Shown: in pieces, positions 43,714-53,270 of the stretch
How the letters are laid out: every line of letters starts with the position of its first letter
Numbering within the stretch: position 1 is the stretch's first letter
Made by a program: the position numbers and the translations under genes
Assembly: GCA_002811645.1 (NCBI GenBank)
Contig: PDIP01000019.1
Coordinates: 186,588 to 250,587 of the forward strand
Length of the DNA stretch: 64,000 nt
Direction of reading: 5' to 3'
Source: Corallochytrium limacisporum Hawaii
Taxonomy: Eukaryota > Protista > Pluriformea
Notes under the pieces: generated by a model
Databases searched by the model: none
Seen by the model: the letters and a program-made list of their open reading frames with translations, nothing else
What the model was told of the DNA's origin: nothing

Positions 43714-46542
43714 ATGGTGCGCTCGGGTGGTGGGTCGACCATTTATGGGTCGACTGTTAATGTCGACAACAGTGACCTTTCGTCACTGTTGTTGCAATGC
43801 GATTTGGAGCCCATCCACATCTTGGGCGCCATTCAGAACCATGGTGCTTTGATAGCCATCCGCCTTCAGTCTGGCATGATCGGAGTAGTTAGTGAGAACC
43901 TGAAGGAATGGGTTGGTGTTGGCCACGAAGAGGTTCGTGGCCGCCATTTTGCAGACGCCTTTGGAACAGAGTGCTGGAGATGTTTGCAGGAGTTTATGGC
44001 CACCGGTAGAGATCGTTTGGCCACTGTAATGCCCTTCAAGACCGGAGTTCCCAACCCAACTGGCTCCGGTAGTGAGGACAGGGGTGATGTAAGTGGAGAG
44101 ACCATGCATGATGTGATGTTGGTTGTGAGCAACGTGTATCTCGTGGTAGAGGTCTTTGGTCCTACGTGTGCAGGACACATTACCCTTGAATCTTTTCGCC
44201 AGCCTTTGAGCACGATTTTCGCTGCCACTGAACTACAGCAAGCGTACGATATCATGGCCGAGGAAATCAAGCAGCTCTCTGGCTTTGATCGTGTCATGGT
44301 GTACAAATTTGACGAACACGGCAATGGTTGTGTAGTTGCTGAGGCTAAGGAAGCTGAGATGGAACCTTATCTTGGGCTAAATTATCCCGCATCAGACATA
44401 CCTCGTCAAGCTCGTCGCCTGTACTGCAAGACATTTGTTCGTGTCATTGCTGATGTCACTGCCCAACCTGTAAACCTTTTTGCAGTCGGAGATGTTCTGG
44501 ATGAACAGCCATTCGACTTGAGCATGTGTAGTTTGCGTGCAGTAAGCCCCATGCACATCCAATACCTAAAGAATATGGGCGTCGGGGTGTCCATGAGTTT
44601 CTCCATCATTAAGAAGAATCATCTATGGGGCCTGATTGCGTGCCACAACCGCACGTATAAAAAACAGAACTTGCCCTTGCTCATGGTCTACGAAATGATG
44701 TCACAGGCGTTCAGTCTGCATCTGCTGCGCATTGCGCAGATGGACTATGAGCGCTACTTACAGACTCAAAAACAAACCATGGCAACAATTCTGAGCAGCG
44801 TCGACTGTAGCGAAGCACCTGGTCCTCAAATAGAGGAACGTGCCAAGGACCTGATGACTGTCTTTGGGGCCGGTGGAATGTATTGCCGCCTGGCCGACTA
44901 CGAGTTCACAGCGGGAGAGTGCCCCAAGAACTCCACAATCAAGCAGGTTGTAAATTTCGTCACAAGACAGTCACAACAAGTCAAGAGTGGCATTTTTCAG
45001 ACCAACTGCCTGAGCTCAAAGATTGCGGTAGTCCATGACAGTATCGACGTTGCCAGCGGTGTGCTGGCCCTGCATTGCAAGGGTAAAAACAATGTGATTG
45101 TCTTTTTCAGGCCCGAGGTTGTGCGCATGGTGAGCTGGGGCGGTAATCCGAATGATAGCCTGAAGGTTAATCAAGAAGCAGATGGTGGCGTCCACATTTC
45201 ACCTCGTCGCTCTTTCGCTATCTGGAAGGAGAACATGTGCGCTACTTCAAAGCCCTGGACTGAGATTGAGTGTCGCGAGGCAAATCAGTTCCGCCTGGTG
45301 GTCGAATCCTTCTTGAAGAGCCACGAAGACTTTATGCTCGAGAAGCGTCTCCAAAGCAATCTTAGTACCTCCTCCGTATCGAGTGACTCTGGCTATGATG
45401 GTGATATCTCTCAGCAGAGCAGTGTCAAGGGCATGCTGGGCCTGTTGGTCAGTGAAGATATCTCCATGGACATGAAAACCCGGCTGAACGATATTGTTGA
45501 GAGCCCGGACACCATGTTGCGTCTATTGAACGACATCCTGGATATGAGCAAAATGGAGGAGAACTTCAGCCATGTCCAGGAGCGGGAGTTCATGGTTATT
45601 GCCGATCTACAGGGCGTGTTTACGTACTTTGAGAAACACTGCGAGGAGAAGGGCCTCACCTTTGATGTGCAGTGGAATGTCAATCCAGAGGGCAACCACC
45701 TAGTCGGAGACCCCCATCGGATCCGCCAGGTTGTCATCTCCTTGCTCGAGAATGCCCATAAATTTACCTTCGAAGGCGGAGTCACCGTCAAGGTCAAGAC
45801 ATCATGCAACCAAGAGACACGGACATGCGAACTAAGCATTGCAATCAATGACACAGGATGTGGGATTCCTTCAGATAGCCTAGAGCTGATCTTCCAGCCG
45901 TTCAAGCAGGCTCAGGAAGTCGCTACCAAGTCTTCCGGCGGCAACGGGCTCGGTCTGACAATGGCCCACGTCCTCAGCCGCACAATGGGCGGTAAGATTG
46001 CAGTCAATTCTCTGGTGGGCAGTGGATCAACCTTTACTTTCTCCGTTAAACTGCCAATGGCTGACGATGCGCATGCAGTCATGAGTGCCGACGATACAGT
46101 CAGCGTAGGGTCACTGGTAGGTAGCACCTGTCTGGTTGCCGTTGAGCAAGAGCAAACTCCCGCAGACATCTGCTCTTTTCTCGAGGATGACACAATGCAG
46201 TGTGATGCAGTGACATCTCCAGTGGATCTGGTTCATCGTCTGCAAGAAACAAAGTACGACATTGTCCTTGTGTCTGTCCATTTCCAGCGTACTGATGTCG
46301 AAGAATTGCGGCGAAAAATGCAAGAGGGTGACCTGGGCGATGTCAATAGGGAGACTCCGTTGGTTTGCATAGCTCTGAATGAGGAGGAACAGAAGCGCAT
46401 CGCGGACCAACTGGGTGGCACTTCGCATGTCCTGATTATCCCTAGAGTAGAGAGCATGCCAGAGTTCCGCAAGAGAATCCATCGGATCATGAAGGACGCC
46501 CGCAGTGCTAGTTTAGTCAACAATGAAGATGACAATATTTAA
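43714..46542 (+). CDS. Phytochrome-like photoreceptor, biliverdin type (PAS-GAF-PHY-HisKA-HATPase-REC) with degenerate phosphorelay sites
   Basis: C29 in CDLEPIHILGAIQNHG, GFDRVMVYKF, YPASDIPRQARRLY, LRAVSPMHIQYLKNMGV, LWGLIACH, WGGNP, PRRSF; HATPase N/G1/F/G2 boxes; C-terminal receiver-like domain. Confidence 0.93.
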   Translation: MVRSGGGSTIYGSTVNVDNSDLSSLLLQCDLEPIHILGAIQNHGALIAIRLQSGMIGVVSENLKEWVGVGHEEVRGRHFADAFGTECWRCLQEFMATGRDRLATVMPFKTGVPNPTGSGSEDRGDVSGETMHDVMLVVSNVYLVVEVFGPTCAGHITLESFRQPLSTIFAATELQQAYDIMAEEIKQLSGFDRVMVYKFDEHGNGCVVAEAKEAEMEPYLGLNYPASDIPRQARRLYCKTFVRVIADVTAQPVNLFAVGDVLDEQPFDLSMCSLRAVSPMHIQYLKNMGVGVSMSFSIIKKNHLWGLIACHNRTYKKQNLPLLMVYEMMSQAFSLHLLRIAQMDYERYLQTQKQTMATILSSVDCSEAPGPQIEERAKDLMTVFGAGGMYCRLADYEFTAGECPKNSTIKQVVNFVTRQSQQVKSGIFQTNCLSSKIAVVHDSIDVASGVLALHCKGKNNVIVFFRPEVVRMVSWGGNPNDSLKVNQEADGGVHISPRRSFAIWKENMCATSKPWTEIECREANQFRLVVESFLKSHEDFMLEKRLQSNLSTSSVSSDSGYDGDISQQSSVKGMLGLLVSEDISMDMKTRLNDIVESPDTMLRLLNDILDMSKMEENFSHVQEREFMVIADLQGVFTYFEKHCEEKGLTFDVQWNVNPEGNHLVGDPHRIRQVVISLLENAHKFTFEGGVTVKVKTSCNQETRTCELSIAINDTGCGIPSDSLELIFQPFKQAQEVATKSSGGNGLGLTMAHVLSRTMGGKIAVNSLVGSGSTFTFSVKLPMADDAHAVMSADDTVSVGSLVGSTCLVAVEQEQTPADICSFLEDDTMQCDAVTSPVDLVHRLQETKYDIVLVSVHFQRTDVEELRRKMQEGDLGDVNRETPLVCIALNEEEQKRIADQLGGTSHVLIIPRVESMPEFRKRIHRIMKDARSASLVNNEDDNI

Positions 46543-46737
46543 CCGGTTGTGCCTTGTTTGTGATTCTATGTCACTGCGCCACCGTACCATTGTAATGCCT
46601 GTCATTTTCACATACAAACAGCAGATGGGACACCTTTTGCTTTAGCTTGTCTTTTGCTTGATCTATATTAAGTACATCGAATGTGATTTCGCTAAATGTC
46701 ATTGATTTCTGCTCTTAATCCTTCTCAGGAGCATGTC

Positions 46738-49143
46738 TTAGGTCGCAATGATGGGACTGTCACCATCCTTCGCATCGCCGTCAGCACCGTTCGGTACGTC
46801 GTCGCGCAGACCGACAGGCAACTCAGTGTTTTCTTCAAGCTCGCCAGTGTGGCCCACGAGGTCCTCGTAGGTGGCCTGGTCCTTAAACGGACGCGGTCCC
46901 AGAATATTCTCCATGTCTTTCCGGCTGATGACCTCCTTATCAAGCAATAGTTTAGCCACCGCCTCCACATCAGCCTTCTTTTCGCGTAGTAGTCGCATGG
47001 TGCGGTCAAAGGCATTCGAAACAAGCTCTCGCACCTCAGAGTCAATCATCTCGGCGGTAGACTCAGAGTACGGTTTGTCAAACGACGGCTCGCCTTCCCG
47101 GGGCATTTCAAAGCTCAAGTTGCCCACACGTTCGTTCATGCCAAACTGGGCGACCTGTGAGTAGGCCATCTTGGTGACTTTGGAGAGATCATCCTGAGCG
47201 CCGGTGGTGATCCGGTCAAAGAAAATGTGTTCAGCAACGCGGCCACCTAAGGTCATACACATCCGGTCGAGCAGTTGCTCCGTAGAGTACAGGTAGTGCT
47301 CTTTTGGCAGATACTGGGCATAGCCGAGGGCAGCACTGCCACGGGGAATGATGCTAACCTTCAGCAGAGGATCGGCATGCTCGAGGTACCAGCCACAAAC
47401 GGCATGGCCTGCCTCGTGGTATGCCACGGTGGTCTTCTCCTCACTTGACAACACTTTGGTTTTCTTCTCCAGCCCGGCAATGACACGCTCAATAGCCTGC
47501 TCAAAATGCTTCTCGGTCACTCCCGGGTCACCGTTGCGTGCCGCAATAAGGGCAGCTTCATTACAGACGTTGGCAATATCGGCACCGGTGAAACCGGGGG
47601 TGAGGGTTGCCAGCTGCTTCGCCATCTCCATGAGGTCGCCGATCAGCTTCAGGGGCTTCAAATGAACCTTGAAGATTGAATTGCGACCTTTGATATCGGG
47701 GCGATCGATGTGAATCTGACGATCGAAACGACCAGGACGCATGAGGGCCGGGTCGAGAATGTCCGGGCGGTTGGTACCAGCGAGCACCACAACGTTCGTA
47801 GAGCTGCTGAAGCCGTCCATCTCGACCAACATCTGGTTAAGAGTATTCTCACGTTCGTCGTGACCACCAAAGTTGCCACCACTGCCACGCTTGCGACCAA
47901 TGGCATCAATCTCATCAATGAAAATGATGCACGGGGAGTTCTTGCGAGCGTTCGCAAACAGATCACGAACCCGGGCAGGACCTACACCTAAGAACATCTC
48001 AAGAAATTCGGAACCGGAGATTGAGAAAAATGGTACATTGGCCTCACCTGCTGTGGCCTTCGCGAGAAGAGTCTTACCGGTCCCCGGGGGACCACTCAGA
48101 ATGGCACCCTTCGGGATCTTCGCACCTAGTGCACTGTACCGTTCGGGATGTTTCAGGAAGTTGACAAATTCCATTATCTCAATCTTAGCCTCTTCACAAC
48201 CAGCGACATCTTTGAATTTCACTGCAATCTTATCCTCCTTGTTGTACATCTTTGCTTTACTCTGACCCATGGAGAAAATATTGTTCCGCCCACCGCCCGC
48301 ACCAGGTAGCTGTGATGTCAGTCGCCGAGCAAGGAAGAATAGAGCACCAAGGATCAGTACAGTTGGACTCAAACGGATAAGCTCTCGTGAGAAGTCAGTT
48401 TCGCTGCGGTACTGAATCGGTATGTATTGCCCCGGCCTCATGCCCATGTCACGCTGCACTTGTTCCATCTGACGTTCAAATTGTTCCACGGAGCCGATAG
48501 TAAAGTACAGTGGGGCTTCACCTTCCTCCTGCTCCGCAGCAAACTTTGTGTTTTGAGTTGCGCTGGCACTACCACCGTACGCACCGCTGTCCATTCCCGG
48601 GTCCAGGAGTCCGCTGTCATCACCGGGTGACATACTATCCGAGACGGTCCGTGGATTCTTACCTACGCCATGCAGGTACACATTCGCGCGACCCTTATTT
48701 ACAACAACGATCTTCCGCACCTTTCGACGTTCTAAATACTGTGTCCGAAATTCCTGCCACGTAATCTCGTGCTGATTGGTTGGTTGCATGGTCCACAGGA
48801 AGATACCACTAGCCACCATGAACGCCAAAAGCATCTGGTAGTTTCGGTTGCTAAAATCAAATCGAAATACTTGTACAGTGTGATCTGGTTTCTTGCTGCC
48901 GCTCTGAGCGCCTTGTTTTCCGGAGGAGTGGGCTCCAATGGGAATGTCAACCTTTTTCTTCGGCCGGTATGACTCATATTTTCCGGAGGACGACGTAGGC
49001 TTCTTGTCGTTCTGCCAAAGTTGTCGTGATCCCCGGCTAAAGGAGCGTACGCTGCTGATACGCAGTTGTACAATAGACCTTGCCAGGAGGGGATTCCTGC
49101 TCCGCAGCAGGCCCCGGCCTACAGACGCGATCGTGAAAGACAT
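46738..49143 (-). CDS. AFG3L2: Mitochondrial m-AAA protease subunit (AFG3L2/Yta10-12 type FtsH)
   Basis: Presequence, two TMs, [28 protein letters not shown] zinc motif, GAQDDL, KPYSE. Confidence 0.95.
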   Translation of the reverse strand: MSFTIASVGRGLLRSRNPLLARSIVQLRISSVRSFSRGSRQLWQNDKKPTSSSGKYESYRPKKKVDIPIGAHSSGKQGAQSGSKKPDHTVQVFRFDFSNRNYQMLLAFMVASGIFLWTMQPTNQHEITWQEFRTQYLERRKVRKIVVVNKGRANVYLHGVGKNPRTVSDSMSPGDDSGLLDPGMDSGAYGGSASATQNTKFAAEQEEGEAPLYFTIGSVEQFERQMEQVQRDMGMRPGQYIPIQYRSETDFSRELIRLSPTVLILGALFFLARRLTSQLPGAGGGRNNIFSMGQSKAKMYNKEDKIAVKFKDVAGCEEAKIEIMEFVNFLKHPERYSALGAKIPKGAILSGPPGTGKTLLAKATAGEANVPFFSISGSEFLEMFLGVGPARVRDLFANARKNSPCIIFIDEIDAIGRKRGSGGNFGGHDERENTLNQMLVEMDGFSSSTNVVVLAGTNRPDILDPALMRPGRFDRQIHIDRPDIKGRNSIFKVHLKPLKLIGDLMEMAKQLATLTPGFTGADIANVCNEAALIAARNGDPGVTEKHFEQAIERVIAGLEKKTKVLSSEEKTTVAYHEAGHAVCGWYLEHADPLLKVSIIPRGSAALGYAQYLPKEHYLYSTEQLLDRMCMTLGGRVAEHIFFDRITTGAQDDLSKVTKMAYSQVAQFGMNERVGNLSFEMPREGEPSFDKPYSESTAEMIDSEVRELVSNAFDRTMRLLREKKADVEAVAKLLLDKEVISRKDMENILGPRPFKDQATYEDLVGHTGELEENTELPVGLRDDVPNGADGDAKDGDSPIIAT

Positions 49144-51717
49144 CCTTCGATCGCCTGTGTTCCGTCACGGCCTGTCTCCCTTGCAATTCTTTAACACAAT
49201 ACGTTGGTTTCAATTGGGATCTTCAATACAACGCACAATATACAATTTCAAATAACATATTCCCCTAGTACATGCGAATCAAGTAGTAAGTACAGTGAGG
49301 AACATTAAACCACAGCCTACCAGCTGCTGATCCCAACCAAACAGGCTGTCCCTGTCTTCCAGCTCGGTCTCCGTACACCTACCCCCGCATCCCACCCTCT
49401 CCTCGGGTGGTCGGTCCCCCCCTTGGTTGACGGTTGGCCGGGTTGAGACATTTTGGGAGTAAGCGGGTGGCCGGTGAGCCATTTGAGGGCCGGTTCCACA
49501 CTGAACGGGCCTGGGTGACACCGTAAGAGCCAAGACCAACAGAAAGGCCCCTTTCCACAGTGTATGTATACCGGCAGGCTGTCAAATATGAGATTTACTA
49601 TATTTCATCTAGATTTTGTTTATTCTAGTATTCGCTGCGATGGGGCCGGTTTGTTAGTTCGACCTGGTCCCTCGGCTGTGAACTTATAGTGGACTTCGCG
49701 GGGTCTTGGGCCCTGAGCTCACTGCTGATTGTCACCTTCCAGGAGACGGGGCCAAGGTGTAACCTTGACCTTTTGGAGAGATGTCCATGATGAGTATTGG
49801 AATGGACGTGTTGGTTCGATGAGCATGGTTTGCCTCCTCATTCTCAGCTGTGTTCTGTCCGCTGCGAGTCCTATGGAAGCTGGTGTGGTCGAAGATCTAG
49901 GATACACTGCAAAATTTTATCAACAGTGCGTTTACATCACAACTGTTCTCTTGCATGATGTCTATTAACATGTCTAGCACATCCAGAAACGCAATCATCA
50001 GGCTCTGAAAGGTCATCTGTGCTAGACGATTGGGGAAATCCCTACCGACTGGAGGCCATCAGAGCTCATAGCTGATCACTAGGGACCACCGCACAGTGAT
50101 GGCACATGGGCATATCACACACCCCTCGACCATCCTTTTGTCCCAGGTGGTCAGTACGGCTGAATTGAATACTAAATCACACTGCAAAAAATGCATCCCT
50201 ACAGCCCTTACTTGCCGGTGTCTTGGCCTTGAGGACCATCGTTTCAAATCGGGAGGTAATACGTCACTCTTGCCCGTGTCAACTGATGATCGCTTTTCCA
50301 AAAACTAGGATTGCCGTCGGATGTTGATGGATGGCACCTTCCTTAGTGTCAGCTGTAAGTTACCAGCAAATTTCTTGTAGGCACTGCTTCAGAACACTGA
50401 CCTTGCAGTGTATCCATCACTAGTCCCAGCAAGCAGGGCCGCAAAATATCAGATAGATCAGAAAGCTGACGGGGATACGAACATGCAGCGTATATAGAAC
50501 GACGGATGATATTTTTTTTTGGTTTGGTTGTGGGCTGGTCCCATCTTTGCCGCTCCCTTACCCACTCAGTGCTTATTCTGCCGCCTTCCCTCTCTGCTGG
50601 CCGCCGCCCTGTCTAACTTCCTTGCAATGATCCACTGGCTGACACTTTCTTCACCTGACCGCATCAGGTGACCCATCCCTCAGCAGCTTGGAGCGGCAAG
50701 CTAGTCCCCTCGTCTTCGTTGGGGGGGAGGGGGAGTGAAGGGATTCCGGTGAGTGTGCATAGTTGAACGGGCAGGGGCACCAGGCTGAGACTGCAAAAAT
50801 TTGAAACAGAGTTACTGTGAAGGCATACCACTAAGAGAGAAACAGAAAGAATTGACCCAAACTGACAACAACCAATAAATAATGGGGAGAAATCCGAGGT
50901 TTGGAACGGCGGCACGGATTCGACAGGTTCCGTGTCGCACACCACTGTGTGCGACAGGTGGACTGGTCCTCCGTACTTATGAAGGCATATTTACAACGGG
51001 GCGGACATGTTTACTTTGCTAACGTAATGAGGTGATGTTTCATGTCTTTGGGCTCATCATCGGGTTACTACCGCTCTCGGCATTTTCAGAAGGGTTGCAA
51101 ACCATGTTTCTATACCAAAGTGGAGACTTAAAGGGAAGGGTATGTCGACATCTTAGGAAAAGCCATTGTCAGTACCAGACACCGGGGGCAGAGGTTTTCC
51201 TTTGTCAACCAGCAACCACCCCGTTCTACGCCGTCTTCGGCTTCTGTGGACCTTCTGAATCCCAACCACACGAAAGCTCAGGGCGCTCGCACGGGTGGCG
51301 TTGCTTGTTCGGTTTTCTCGCAGAGAAAACAACCTGGGATGCGCGGCTCCAGTTCTACCACGAAGAAAGAGATGAGAAAAAAAGGGGAGAGGGGGGCTTC
51401 CGGGGGGAGTGGTAAGAATGGACAAATCTCCTACACACCCAGTACTGCGGGGGCGGTTGGGGTGAACCAGCGCGTGAGGTACACAGAGGACCAACGGATA
51501 GGTAGGCCTGTACGTGTGTCATTCAGCCCCTTCAGATTTCGCTGTGCGTTGTTTGGATGCCCAAAGCTGTGAAATGATAGCAGCCACGAGGTTCGCTGTA
51601 TCATGCGTGCCATTGTCAGTGGGCATCGGGTGCTTTGTTGTTGGTTGGTCCGCCGGAGAGGTGGAAGTAGCCCGCAAACTGAGATGGAACCCTTCTTCCC
51701 TCCAGGGAGGTAGAGAG

Positions 51718-51888
51718 GATTTTCCCGTAATTTCAGTATGAATCGTGTCCCCCCCCCCCGGCCCCCACGGGGGGGGGCGGGGGGGGGGCTTGCAAAACNN
51801 NNNNNNNGATTTTCCCGTAATTTCAGTATGAATCGTGGCCCCCCCCCCCGGGGCCCACGGGGGAGGGCGGGAGGGAGGCTTGCAAAAC
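51718..51888. repeat. 81-bp imperfect direct duplication flanking a 9-N gap (probable assembly artefact)
   Basis: gattttcccgtaatttcagtatgaatcgtg...gcttgcaaaac at 51718-51798 and 51808-51888, differing only within C/G runs. Confidence 0.85.
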
Positions 51889-53270
51889 CACATGAATAGA
51901 TCCAGGGAAGATGTGAATGGCGATTTCAAGAGAATTTTCCACGGTATATTCACTACTAATATGAACACTCCGGAAAGTCGAAAAGGCCATGGCCATGGCC
52001 CGGGCACTCAGCAGCAGAGTCGTCAGGGAGCCAGCCATCAGCTGACGCAGACCAGGACCCGTTCATTTATTTAGCATGCATGTCGCATCAAGAACTGAAG
52101 AAAAAAAAAGGGGGAGGGGAGGGAGAAGGAACGAAAAGAAGCAAGGAGCCCGATCCGGAGAAAGGTGTGTCTTGTATTGCCTTTTGATTCGCTGGCTTGT
52201 GATAATGATGCTAGGGCGAGCGAAGACCAGTATGTGAATACATCTACTATCCTTGGCATTTGTTGGCACAATGACTCTGGCACACCCCAACGTACGGCAA
52301 ACGGCGGTGCCCGGATTCAACATTAGGACTACAGGGAAAGGGCACGGCCTTGTTGAGAAATGAAAAAATTGAACTGGGTGGAGCGCACTCGTGATGATGA
52401 CTGTGTATAATCTACCTCGAGTCGGCACGCTACTGAGCGAAAGGAATCTAAGACAAGCCGTGCTCGGTACCTTGGGTGTGTAAATTTTTGCCCCCGCAAA
52501 TCGTGCACTTTGCGCGGCACACCAGCACTTTTCTCCTCCCCGGCACACACAGGCGTGCGCGCCGTTTCAGTGCAGACCTTTGCACGCTGACATGAAAAGT
52601 CCCTAGCCTGACCACTGAACATTCAAAAACGCCCTTCACGCACTGCTGACAACAATGGACAGGAGCAAGTTGATGCGGTTGTACGAGTCTACCCGTTCGG
52701 TGGGACCACAGAATACAGAATATTAGAGTGACTAATACCCTGGACACAACGATTCAGGAATTGCGTCTCACGTAAAGGGAAGAGCCGGGAGGTGAGAGAG
52801 CGGATACGATAGAATTAGGTGTAGGAATGACCGGGCGAAGCGATCAGGAATTCTTCGGCACCGTATACCGCGAGCACCCGCACCAACAACCAACCCATCC
52901 GGCAAAAAACTAAGGGGGGGGGGGGAGAAGGGAGTAGGGACTTCGCGCTCGGTGGGTCCCCCCGCCCACCCGGGGAAGGGCAAGAGGAGCGAAAAATTGG
53001 AAAGGGACCTGTACATTTGGGAGAGATGGTGATCCGTACGGGTCGGTCAGGAACGTGAGTATGCTTTTGAAGATAAGATTGGTGCAAAGATGGCTGTGGA
53101 TCAATCCCAACCCATCTCCTGATGACATGGGAAGAATAATTGTTGCAGAATGGCACCAAACATGCGCACACGGTGACCTATTTAAAGATGGAAGAAACAG
53201 TCAGAGATCAAGCAAGCCCTATGTCGTTGTACTGTAGTGGAAGCATAGTAGAAAGAACCATCATATAACC

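Noticed and set aside
43714-46542. Phytochrome as bacterial contamination or part of a bph operon
   Set aside because: It is contiguous, without gaps, with eukaryotic eIF3c and AFG3L2, and has no adjacent heme oxygenase or response regulator gene.
51718-51888. 81-bp direct repeat as an LTR, CRISPR or real duplication
   Set aside because: The copies abut a 9-N gap and differ only in homopolymer runs, typical of unmerged contig overlap.
52391-52437. C-box (GTGATGA) and D-box (CTGA) pair suggesting a snoRNA
   Set aside because: Too short (~46 nt), weak terminal stem and no recognisable rRNA guide.
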